Shown: positions 39,744-48,680 of the stretch, piece by piece
Numbering within the stretch: the stretch's first letter is position 1
Layout: each line of letters begins with the position of its first letter
DNA from: a virus
Direction: 5' to 3' (one strand)
Length of the DNA: 64,000 nucleotides
IMG/VR virus record: IMGVR_UViG_3300044213_000060
Span: 1 to 64,000 of that record
Translations under genes and position numbers: made by a program
The notes under the pieces: generated by a model
Databases searched by the model: none
The model's input: only the letters and a program-made list of their open reading frames with translations
Told to the model about the DNA's origin: nothing

Positions 39744-41570
39744 ATGGCAGTATTAGCAAACGTTTTGGCGTCTACTGCACCAAATTCGGCTACAACGTCT
39801 ATAGCTGATACTAATGAAGTTATAACCGCAAGTGTTCTAATAAGAAAATCAACATTTAACGGCATGTCGTTAAAAGAGTATGCCGACGGCATTATAAACG
39901 GTACAATAACAAAAATATTATCTCATGATGAATTTAAAGATGCATTTGGCTCATCTCGTGATGAGCTGGCTCTTGTTGCTAACTATGTGCAACAATACGG
40001 TATCACAGTGCCAGAGACACATAGAACTAGTGGCACAGTAAAAATGCAAGGAACAGTGGGTGCATTTAATTCTGCGTTTGGGATTACAATTATAAATGTA
40101 ATTGACTCTGATAGAAGTTATATAAGTTATACAGGGCAAATAACTGTTCCCGATAATCTAGCAAGCATCGTAGAAAATATTCTAGGATTAGACACATCAT
40201 TTCAAGCTAGCCATTATGCTGTTGTTGGGGACAGGGCAGCATTAACTAACGCAAATCCCAATGCTGGATCTTATGCACCATTAACTCCTATGCAGGTAGC
40301 GCAAGCGTATAAAATGCCTGCTAGTTCGGGGTATGGTCAAACCATTGGTATTGTTGAATTAGGCGGCGGCTATACCGCAAACAATTTATTGAAAACTTTT
40401 GTCACGGGCGGGTATGACTATGTAACAACGAACACTTATCCTGGCTATGGATTTAGCAAAGTTCCAACCGTTGTTGACTATCTTTACAATGGTGCTAGTA
40501 ATATACCTGATTTAAGTGCGTCTGTTGAAGTGATGTTAGATATATCAGTATCGGCAGGCATAGCGCCTGGTGCTAAAATTATAATGTATTTTGCAAAAAA
40601 TACTGACAGTGATTTTGTTGGGGTATTTAATGCTGCCGTAAACGATAATGTAAATAACCCGAGTGTACTATCATTGAGTTGGGGAGGTGCAGATTGGGCG
40701 TATTCTGATTCATTGATTGCATCATTTGAATCAGTTTTTCAAACTGCAGTTGTAAAAGGCATAACAATTTGTGTAGCCACAGGAGATTATGGCTCTCAAG
40801 CAGTCAACGGCGATCTTGCACCGTTAACGGTACAATATCCTGGATCTAGTCCTTATGTATTGGCCTGCGGTGGCACCAATTTATTGCTAAATTCCGATAA
40901 TTCAATATTATCAGAAGTAACTTGGAATACAAATGATAACGGAACCGGCGGTGGCGTTAGTGGGGTAGCTCCAAGCCAATCAGTTATTAATACAGGTTTT
41001 CCACCTTCGGGCGGAGTCCCGCAGTATACTGCAAAACATTTTGCAGTACCAAGTTGGCAATCTGGAATAACCAGTCAAACATGGCAAGTAACTCCAGGAA
41101 CAAAAATTGCTTTAACCGGCAGAGGGGTACCAGATGTCTGCGGCAATGCTTATCAACTAAGTGGATATTACTTCTGGTATGGCCCCGATCCTAGGCCGTT
41201 TTATGCTCCCCAAGTTGGTGGCACAAGTGCAGCTTCACCACTTTGGGCAGGGTACATTGCTAGATTAAATGCGTTAACTGGTCGTAGGCAAGGATTTATT
41301 AACGCTAAACTATATGCAAATCCTGGATTATTAAATGACATCAACGATGGTGGTAATAATGCCTGTACAAATCTTGCAGTAAACGGGTATATTGGATATT
41401 ATGCAGGAGCAGGGTGGGACGCATGTACTGGCCTTGGCAGCCCCAACGGAACAGCAACTTATAAAAGTTTAAAAGTAGGTAGTACATTTCCTAGATCAAA
41501 TTATGGATTTAGGCCTGCAACAGGACAAGCATATCCACGCCTTGCTGCAAAGGTACAAAGAAATGCATAA
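39744..41570 (+). CDS. S53 sedolisin/kumamolisin-like serine-carboxyl protease with prodomain
   Basis: Catalytic EVMLD (E..D), SLSWG, oxyanion GDYG, GRGVPDV, GGTSAASP (Ser) and Ca-binding GWDACTGLGSP. Confidence 0.9.
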   Translation: MAVLANVLASTAPNSATTSIADTNEVITASVLIRKSTFNGMSLKEYADGIINGTITKILSHDEFKDAFGSSRDELALVANYVQQYGITVPETHRTSGTVKMQGTVGAFNSAFGITIINVIDSDRSYISYTGQITVPDNLASIVENILGLDTSFQASHYAVVGDRAALTNANPNAGSYAPLTPMQVAQAYKMPASSGYGQTIGIVELGGGYTANNLLKTFVTGGYDYVTTNTYPGYGFSKVPTVVDYLYNGASNIPDLSASVEVMLDISVSAGIAPGAKIIMYFAKNTDSDFVGVFNAAVNDNVNNPSVLSLSWGGADWAYSDSLIASFESVFQTAVVKGITICVATGDYGSQAVNGDLAPLTVQYPGSSPYVLACGGTNLLLNSDNSILSEVTWNTNDNGTGGGVSGVAPSQSVINTGFPPSGGVPQYTAKHFAVPSWQSGITSQTWQVTPGTKIALTGRGVPDVCGNAYQLSGYYFWYGPDPRPFYAPQVGGTSAASPLWAGYIARLNALTGRRQGFINAKLYANPGLLNDINDGGNNACTNLAVNGYIGYYAGAGWDACTGLGSPNGTATYKSLKVGSTFPRSNYGFRPATGQAYPRLAAKVQRNA

Positions 41571-41599
41571 ATACAAGAAATTCGGTGTTTTTGTAGCAT

Positions 41600-41607
41600 C
41601 ATAAATA
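41600..41607 (+). promoter_or_regulatory. Putative late promoter (CATAAATA; second copy at 41566-41573)
   Basis: Upstream of the ORF at 41633 (SD AGGA). Confidence 0.55.
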
Positions 41608-41632
41608 ATTAAAAGGTTAGGAACAAACAAAA

Positions 41633-43117
41633 ATGGCTTATACAATTAACTTATCAAACGGCAACAGCCTACTAGGAACAACAGGCCTGCCTGATGGTAC
41701 TGTTGATACAACATCATCGAGTTTAACACTTATTGGTAAGAATTATCCTGGGTACGGTACTTTCTTAAATGAAAATTTTGTATATCTATTAGAAAATTTT
41801 GCAAAAAGTACCAGTCCGGCTAATCCATTGCCCGGACAACTATGGTGGGATTCTGGTAACAAGATTTTAAAAGTTAATGCGGCTAGCGCACCTGGAACCG
41901 CAGTTTGGAAAGCATTGGCTGCGATTTCAAGTAACAGCAGCGCACCATCAACACCAAACATTGGTGATATGTGGTGGAATACGAGTACAGGACAGTTAAA
42001 TGTATATTCTGGCGCAACAGGTTGGACAGTCATTGGACCGTTAAGTTCAAGTGCAGTTGGTAATTCTGGTGCTATCCCCGATCTTATTGTTGATTCTAGC
42101 AGCCAAACACACGTTGTTATTAAATTTTATGTTAGTAGTGTGCTTGTTGGTGTATGGAGTAAAGATTCAACATTTAGTACAACTATCGCTGGCTTAACAA
42201 CAATTAATCCAGGTCTAACACTCACTGGAGGTATCAACCAACAGTTTTCTGGTAATGCAAGTGCTGCATATGGTTTAATAAATTCTTTAAGTGGTGCAGT
42301 TATTTCTGGGCAGAATTTCTTACGTAAAGACATTGCAGACAATACACCTAACGCATTTAGTGTATTAAATAACACTGGATTTACAGTTGGTAATAACAGT
42401 GATCACAACATCTATGTTGACGGTTATGGAGTTGTTAGAAGTAGAAATACGGTTGTAAACAAAGATTATGTAATCAGTATTAACAATGGCTCGCAAGTTG
42501 ACGTAATGAAAGCTAATGCAACTTCTGGTAAAATGGAATTGTACGGCGATCCTATTACAAGTTTAGGTATAGCAACAAAACAATATGTAGATAATATATT
42601 AGGTGGCGGAGTAGGTGGTAATAGCACTTTTACCAGTAATATTGTGCCAACCGCAAACTTAGCATATAATCTTGGTAGTAGTACTGCATGGTGGAATAAT
42701 ATTTACGGAACTGCCATCCACGCACAATATGCCGACTTAGCAGAACGTTTTGAATCAGACATGCCACTTGATGCTGGAACGGTAGTTGAAATTGGTGGTC
42801 CTGCAGAAATCACCGCAGTTGGCGATGATTTAAGTGAAAATGTATTCGGCGTCATAAGTACACAAGCAGCTTATTTAATGAATTCTGGTGCAGGAACAAA
42901 TGAAACACATCCACCAGTTGCAGTGCAAGGACGAGTTCCTGTTAAAGTAACTGGTCGAGTTTGTAAAGGCGATAGGCTTGTAAGCGCAGGTAATGGATTA
43001 GCCAGATCTGCTGCTAAATCTGAGATTACCCCATGGAATGTTATCGGAAGAGCATTAGCATCTAAAGACACAGACTCGGTTGGTGTAGTTGAGGCAATAG
43101 TAAAAATTAACAGTTAA
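41633..43117 (+). CDS. Tail fibre protein with C-terminal chaperone/peptidase-like domain
   Basis: Fibre N-terminus, GDMWWN, ATKQYVD, and C-terminal YADLAERF...GRVPVKV.G...KGDRLVS. Confidence 0.75.
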   Translation: MAYTINLSNGNSLLGTTGLPDGTVDTTSSSLTLIGKNYPGYGTFLNENFVYLLENFAKSTSPANPLPGQLWWDSGNKILKVNAASAPGTAVWKALAAISSNSSAPSTPNIGDMWWNTSTGQLNVYSGATGWTVIGPLSSSAVGNSGAIPDLIVDSSSQTHVVIKFYVSSVLVGVWSKDSTFSTTIAGLTTINPGLTLTGGINQQFSGNASAAYGLINSLSGAVISGQNFLRKDIADNTPNAFSVLNNTGFTVGNNSDHNIYVDGYGVVRSRNTVVNKDYVISINNGSQVDVMKANATSGKMELYGDPITSLGIATKQYVDNILGGGVGGNSTFTSNIVPTANLAYNLGSSTAWWNNIYGTAIHAQYADLAERFESDMPLDAGTVVEIGGPAEITAVGDDLSENVFGVISTQAAYLMNSGAGTNETHPPVAVQGRVPVKVTGRVCKGDRLVSAGNGLARSAAKSEITPWNVIGRALASKDTDSVGVVEAIVKINS

Positions 43118-43131
43118 TCAGGATAATATAA

Positions 43132-44097
43132 ATGACATACGCTTCAGGTCAGTTAATAACAACAACAGAATATAATACATTTGTTCAAGGCGGTGACGCT
43201 GCAACAGCAAACGTAGCCTGTATAAACAATATATGGGGTACAGGATACGGTAGTGTAGGCTATGGCCAAGGTACAACACTAAGTGCAGTAAGTTCTCAAG
43301 GAACTATTACTGCTACACAATGGGCTTCTTTGTTTGCTAGAGTTAATAGTATTATTACACACCAGACAAACACGACACCAAATTTTGTACAACCAACTGC
43401 AGGAACAATTGTTAGTGCAAATGCAACTGTAAATACCAACATCACAAACGGTTATAACAATGCAGCAACTTTTGGTAGTTTAGGTACAACAACTACAGGC
43501 AGCAACTTTACTGCAACATGTACAGTAGCAACCACTACTAGTGCAAACACATTTAGTATCACACGTACAGTAACTTTTGCAAGTGCAGACCAAGCACGTT
43601 ATTTCTTTAATGCTGGTGGTCAGTTGACATTTGCAGTAACAGCAACAAATAATGACGGTACAAGCCGCTCTGGCGACCTAGTAACACTAGCACAGACTAA
43701 CCTAGCTACATTTAGTAGATTTAGTTCTGCTGGTTCGGGAACCACAACAAGTGCCACAGGTGGTACAGGTAGAAGTGGTACAGGGGGTACTGCAAACACT
43801 AATGCTACAAATATCGGTTACTATCAACTAACTGCAAGTCCACAGACATTAGTGTCTCTAACAAGTACAACCAGTGCATACACAAGTGATACTGCAGTAT
43901 TAACAGTCACAGGTGGTGCAGGTACTTCAACAGGTGGTCGTGGTGCAGTAGTTACATTCACCTTAACAATGACATCTGCGGCACGTAGTAGCTCGTTTAA
44001 CCAAAGTATTGGCGTAACATATACAACACGGGTTGATATTGTTAATCCGGAAACAACTAACTTGTCCAACAGTTGGGGCACTATTACTATTACCTAA
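43132..44097 (+). CDS. Thr/Ser/Gly-rich virion structural (fibre-associated) protein
   Basis: GYGQ and TVTFASADQARYFFNAGG motifs; last gene of the structural module. Confidence 0.6.
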   Translation: MTYASGQLITTTEYNTFVQGGDAATANVACINNIWGTGYGSVGYGQGTTLSAVSSQGTITATQWASLFARVNSIITHQTNTTPNFVQPTAGTIVSANATVNTNITNGYNNAATFGSLGTTTTGSNFTATCTVATTTSANTFSITRTVTFASADQARYFFNAGGQLTFAVTATNNDGTSRSGDLVTLAQTNLATFSRFSSAGSGTTTSATGGTGRSGTGGTANTNATNIGYYQLTASPQTLVSLTSTTSAYTSDTAVLTVTGGAGTSTGGRGAVVTFTLTMTSAARSSSFNQSIGVTYTTRVDIVNPETTNLSNSWGTITIT

Positions 44098-44113
44098 TAG
44101 TAGCCAGTTAGAC

Positions 44114-44142
44114 TTGACAATATATGGACAGGTTGTTATAAT
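44114..44142 (+). promoter_or_regulatory. Consensus sigma70 promoter
   Basis: TTGACA-17 nt-TATAAT with a TGn extension. Confidence 0.8.
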
Positions 44143-44159
44143 CTGTCCATATTCTTTTA
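44122..44159 (+). terminator. Intrinsic terminator-like hairpin overlapping the promoter
   Basis: ATATGGACAG...CTGTCCATAT 10-bp inverted repeat followed by TCTTTT, just after the last structural gene. Confidence 0.6.
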
Positions 44160-44169
44160 TATATACTAT

Positions 44170-44490
44170 ATGTCTAACTTAGAAAATCTAGTAAATCAAA
44201 CACGTTTGGCAACAGATTACGCCAAAAACAAAACTTTATTACGAGAAAAGATTCAAACGGATCTACATTTTGCCTACAACGGTGGATTGTTTCGAGCAGA
44301 TCCCGCACAATACACATTTGTAATATTGTGGCAAGGTGATTCGGATGCATTGTTTTTGGAAGATACTTATGGTAATCCTATAAAGATCGAACAAAAAGAA
44401 TTTGTCAAACTATCCACAGAACACTATCAACGAGTAATGAACCGTTGGCATCAAGAACATGCAGAACTCAAACGAATCCGTAAAGTCTAA
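44170..44490 (+). CDS. Hypothetical protein
   Basis: 106-aa first gene of the operon. Confidence 0.7.
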   Translation: MSNLENLVNQTRLATDYAKNKTLLREKIQTDLHFAYNGGLFRADPAQYTFVILWQGDSDALFLEDTYGNPIKIEQKEFVKLSTEHYQRVMNRWHQEHAELKRIRKV

Positions 44491-45271
44491 AGGTGTGTTA
44501 ATATTTGCATTTAATACTGCTGAAACCGATTATGTCGGTATTGCAGATCGTGCTGCTGCTCTTGCACAAAAAAATTTACAATTACCAGTAACATTAATCA
44601 CTGACACAGATAGCCAGCCTAAATTTGCATACGATAAAATTGTACGCATTACACAAGAAGACAGCAAAAATGTTAGACAAACAGTAGAAACAAATCAAAC
44701 AGTGACCTGGCGTAATCTTGGAAGATATCAAGCATATAATCTTAGTCCTTACGATCAAACTATATTAATTGACAGTGATTATTTTGTTCTTGACTCAAGT
44801 CTCGCAACATTATTTGATAAATCAGAATATCAAATAATGTATAATAATTATGGACTTAATGGGCACATCAATAATATTATGGGTCCAATGAGTTTGCAGT
44901 ATGTATGGGCAACTGTTATTGTATTTGATCGGTCTAATTTGTCTGAAGCGTTATTTGATCTTGCAGGAAAAATACAACGTAATTATGGGTATTATTGCAG
45001 TTTGTTTAATGTTCCTGCAACGAACTATAGAAATGATTATGCGTTTGCAATGGCGCACTATATCGTATCAAACGATCCTGGGCATTTTATACCTTACAGT
45101 ATGTTTACCGTTGACACAGCCATAGACTCTATTGAACTTGCTGAACGTATTACTATTAAAACTCCTAATACCGCACATATTGTTCCTGTGCAAAATTTAC
45201 ATATAATGAGTAAACAATTTTTGACCAGCAACAAATTTGACCGATTTTATCAGGCAGCAATAAATGTTTAA
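44459..45271 (+). CDS. GT-A fold glycosyltransferase-like protein
   Basis: LSPYDQTILIDSD (DxD) and YRNDYAF motifs. Confidence 0.65.
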   Translation: MQNSNESVKSKGVLIFAFNTAETDYVGIADRAAALAQKNLQLPVTLITDTDSQPKFAYDKIVRITQEDSKNVRQTVETNQTVTWRNLGRYQAYNLSPYDQTILIDSDYFVLDSSLATLFDKSEYQIMYNNYGLNGHINNIMGPMSLQYVWATVIVFDRSNLSEALFDLAGKIQRNYGYYCSLFNVPATNYRNDYAFAMAHYIVSNDPGHFIPYSMFTVDTAIDSIELAERITIKTPNTAHIVPVQNLHIMSKQFLTSNKFDRFYQAAINV

Positions 45272-46103
45272 TCATCAAGCACAACAGGGATTTTTAACAT
45301 TAGCCATTGGCGCAGATTATCTACGTATGGCTTATGCACAAGCATTGAGTGTCAAAACTGCAATGCCTGATGCACTATATGCAGTGGCAGTTGATGCAGA
45401 AACAAAACTATTGATTACAGATAAACACATGACAGTATTTGATTATGTAGTTGATGTTCCTGAATTTAACAATCCAATGCAAGCAGAGCCTGAGTTATTT
45501 TGGGTCACTCCGTTTAAAGAAACAATTAAGTTAGAAGCAGACTTGTTAATACCGCGCAACATCAACCATTGGTGGACGGCATTAAGGCACAGAGAGTTAG
45601 TTATTAGTACCAACTGCAGAGACTATCGCGGCAACATTGTTGTGGATACAACATATAGACGATTATGGGCAGATAATAATTTACCAAATGTCTATAATGG
45701 TCTAATGTATTTTAGATTTACTAGAGAAAATTTAGAATTCTTTATGTTAGCACGTGATATATTTGCTAACTGGGATGCCATTAAAGAAGAATTAAAAAAT
45801 TGTAGAGATGATGCGCCCGAAACAGATCAAGTATATGCATTGGCTGCTAGCATACACGGTGTTGAAAGATCTACTATGCCCAGTTTAGATTTTTTCACAA
45901 TGACCCACATGAAACCACACATACAAGGATGGCCGTATGACACAGTTTGGCCTACTGCGGTTATTACCGAAGTTTACGATTCAGTTATAAGAATTAATAA
46001 TGTAGAACAACTGTATCCGTTTCATTATCATGAGAAAGACTGGCTAACTGAAGATATAATAAATACATATGAATCAATTAGATCCCTTAGAAGAATTTCT
46101 TAA
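45264..46103 (+). CDS. GT-A fold glycosyltransferase-like protein (paralog of 44459)
   Basis: YLRMAYAQALS, TPFKETIKLEAD (ExD), TDQVYA and HYH motifs. Confidence 0.6.
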   Translation: MFNHQAQQGFLTLAIGADYLRMAYAQALSVKTAMPDALYAVAVDAETKLLITDKHMTVFDYVVDVPEFNNPMQAEPELFWVTPFKETIKLEADLLIPRNINHWWTALRHRELVISTNCRDYRGNIVVDTTYRRLWADNNLPNVYNGLMYFRFTRENLEFFMLARDIFANWDAIKEELKNCRDDAPETDQVYALAASIHGVERSTMPSLDFFTMTHMKPHIQGWPYDTVWPTAVITEVYDSVIRINNVEQLYPFHYHEKDWLTEDIINTYESIRSLRRIS

Positions 46104-46431
46104 AGCACTAGCATCATTGCCCGAACCAGTTGTGCCAGAACCAAAAGAGTATAGAATATACTACAATGAAACTGGTAGAATAACAATGTTGTCCATGACC
46201 AATCACCCCGAAGGTGATTATATTGTTGTAGATTTAGAAACTTTTGAAAACTATACTAGATACGCCGGAGTCAAGGATAAAAAACTCATACCGGTTGCAC
46301 AAAACAGTGGATATCAAGTACAATTGTCAAAAGGTTTATTGGGTTTTACAGTAGTAGCAGGACATGCTGGATTACTAATAGAAGACGAATCTTATCAAAA
46401 TACGGAGAACTATGGCTACACAAATCGTTGA
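46069..46431 (+). CDS. Hypothetical protein
   Basis: 120 aa, overlapping the upstream gene. Confidence 0.65.
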   Translation: MNQLDPLEEFLKALASLPEPVVPEPKEYRIYYNETGRITMLSMTNHPEGDYIVVDLETFENYTRYAGVKDKKLIPVAQNSGYQVQLSKGLLGFTVVAGHAGLLIEDESYQNTENYGYTNR

Positions 46432-46994
46432 TGTTGCAACAATTTTCTACGTTCGTTGGACGCTTTAACTCCGGCGGCAATTTTGTCTTTTGTCTCTTGA
46501 GAATACACCCGCCGTTTATTGGATTCTGCTATTTCGGCTTTGGATTCTGGGGTATGTTGTGGACCAGCAACTTTGCCCTTCTTGTGAGAAGGTCTCCCTT
46601 TAAGTTTTTCGGACCGTTGTTTCTTTTCTTCCTCGGTCCATAGTCTTCTTTTCTTTTTATGTGTAAACGTTTTTCCTTGCATTTGCAATCCTTTAGCAAG
46701 GCGTTGACTTGTAGTCCACACCCTTCCGGATGTTCCGTCACCACCATCGGTTTGATTTCGGAGTATCCCAGTTCCCAAGTCTTTGCGTCCGTACCATTTT
46801 ATAAGTTGTCGCTCAATTGCAAGAGCACCAATTTCTGTTAAATTTTGTTCAATTATAATGATACGATTTAGTTCGCTTGGTATTCTGATATATTTGCGAT
46901 TGTCCGAAAATGCTCGCTTACCTGAGTCTTTTCCTATATAATAAGGGGTGCCATCTGTTCTTAGATAGGCATAGACATAAAAGTGTAAATACAT
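46416..46994 (-). mobile_element. Free-standing GIY-YIG homing endonuclease with NUMOD3-like C-terminus
   Basis: [38 protein letters not shown] and basic repeats [20 protein letters not shown]; antisense to the operon it interrupts. Confidence 0.85.
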
Positions 46995-46995
46995 T

Positions 46996-47066
46996 GCTGA
47001 TAGTTCCTTATAAACTGTTAGAGCAGGTGGATGCTTCCAACATCGCGATCTGCACTATTATTTATT
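46996..47066. promoter_or_regulatory. Late promoter (AATAAATA, minus strand, 47059-47066) and two-hairpin leader of the homing endonuclease
   Basis: Hairpins CTGATAGTT/AACTGTTAG (covering the SD AAGGA of the minus-strand gene) and GCAGGT-G-GATG/CATC-GCG-ATCTGC. Confidence 0.55.
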
Positions 47067-47074
47067 AAAAAAAA

Positions 47075-47980
47075 ATGAAAAATCCTGAAATAATCGATGT
47101 AGCTGATCTTGATACAATATATTTGACATATGATGAACCTCAAAAAGAAGAATTCTGGATTAAAATCCAAAATATGGTACCTTGGGCAAAGCGTGTTGAT
47201 GGAGTTAAGGGCAGCGATGCTGCCCATAAGGCCGCAGCCGATGCCAGTGAAACTGATCGTTTTGTGCTTATTGACGGAGATAATTTGCCCGACGCTGATT
47301 TCTTTAACCTGCAGTTACGTTTGGATAGTACCAATGCTGATTGCGTGTTTCGTTGGCGGGCTCGCAATAGTATAAACGGCCTAATGTATGGCAACGGCGG
47401 AATGAGTTGTTGGACCAAAGACTTTGTTTATAATATGAAAACACACGAAGCATCCGACGGTGCTGATGATACTGCAGTGGAGTTTTGTTTTGACCCCAAA
47501 TATTGGGCCATGCACGACTGCTACTCAACTACATACCCAGACGCAACCCCATTCCAAGCATGGCGTGCTGGATATCGTGAAGGTGTTAAGATGTGTTTAG
47601 ACCGTGGCACTAAACCTACTATTGCCGAATTTGAGCAAAGAGTAAACGGCCGGAACTACGACAACTTATGCATTTGGCAATCAGTTGGAGCAGACAACCC
47701 CAATGGTCTGTGGGCTATATATGGTGCACGACTAGGTACTATTATGACCATGAACGAAGAAACCTGGAACTATAGAGATGTGCAAGACTTTGATAAACTA
47801 AAAGACCTTTGGCAAACATTCGGCAAACTTGATCCGGCTAAAGAATTAGAAAAACTAACCAAGTCTTTAACTAATAGACTAGGATTGCCGGTTACATTAT
47901 TAAATGCCGAAGCAAGCCGGTTCTTCAAGCATCATTATCGTGCAGTATTTCGAAATCAAGGACCAATGGTACGTGAGTAA
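47075..47980 (+). CDS. Glycosyltransferase-like protein (GT-A, DGD motif)
   Basis: YDEP, RVDGVKGSDAAH, VLIDGDN, YGNGG and FQAWRAGYREGVK. Confidence 0.55.
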   Translation: MKNPEIIDVADLDTIYLTYDEPQKEEFWIKIQNMVPWAKRVDGVKGSDAAHKAAADASETDRFVLIDGDNLPDADFFNLQLRLDSTNADCVFRWRARNSINGLMYGNGGMSCWTKDFVYNMKTHEASDGADDTAVEFCFDPKYWAMHDCYSTTYPDATPFQAWRAGYREGVKMCLDRGTKPTIAEFEQRVNGRNYDNLCIWQSVGADNPNGLWAIYGARLGTIMTMNEETWNYRDVQDFDKLKDLWQTFGKLDPAKELEKLTKSLTNRLGLPVTLLNAEASRFFKHHYRAVFRNQGPMVRE

Positions 47981-48680
47981 TTTAACAGCAATTTCTTTTT
48001 ATCCCAGAGGCGGAGGAAATAGATACCTACGTTATATTAAGGGGGATGATTTTAGTTTACCAAATATGTCATATGATCAATTTATTAAAGATCAAATTTT
48101 AGAACATAGATATTTATTGTCAAGTCCGCCAAAAACCAATAATGATTTTGTACTAACGCATTGTGCTAATGTTAAAAGAATAAACGAAGTTCTTGCCCCG
48201 ACAAACATTATTTTTATAAAAACTGACTTTAAAAACAGTTTGCAAAGAGAATGGATGCTACATGGAAAATTTAGATATTCATCTACTAGAATTAAAAAAA
48301 CTTATGATAAATTATTGTTAGAAACATATAACGATATCCGTGCTATGCATTGGCCAATAATTGATACGATAGATGAATTTTATTGTTTAAATGAAAACAT
48401 AAAAAATGAAGTTATTACACAAATTAAAAATTTAACAATAAATGAAACGCTAAACTCGGCGTGGGCTACTATTTGCTGGCATCACCAATACTACGAACGC
48501 TACACAGCTGATTGTAGAGTAGATGTTAATGTTGATAATGATAATAATGAATTTGCTAATATGATGCGTGAAGAGCTAGCAAGATATCCAAGTGAATTAT
48601 TTGATTTTTGCTGGAAAATTTATACACAATATAGACCTAACGCTAAAATAACAGACTTATACGAAAATGACAAAAAGTGA
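47904..48680 (+). CDS. Hypothetical protein (AT-rich)
   Basis: FYPRGGGN and YNDIRAMHWP motifs; the true start is probably the GTG near 47974. Confidence 0.55.
   Translation: MPKQAGSSSIIIVQYFEIKDQWYVSNLTAISFYPRGGGNRYLRYIKGDDFSLPNMSYDQFIKDQILEHRYLLSSPPKTNNDFVLTHCANVKRINEVLAPTNIIFIKTDFKNSLQREWMLHGKFRYSSTRIKKTYDKLLLETYNDIRAMHWPIIDTIDEFYCLNENIKNEVITQIKNLTINETLNSAWATICWHHQYYERYTADCRVDVNVDNDNNEFANMMREELARYPSELFDFCWKIYTQYRPNAKITDLYENDKK

Noticed and set aside
46416-46994. Group I intron surrounding the homing endonuclease
   Set aside because: The endonuclease is antisense to the host gene, the flanks are too short for an intron core, and the downstream gene has its own start.
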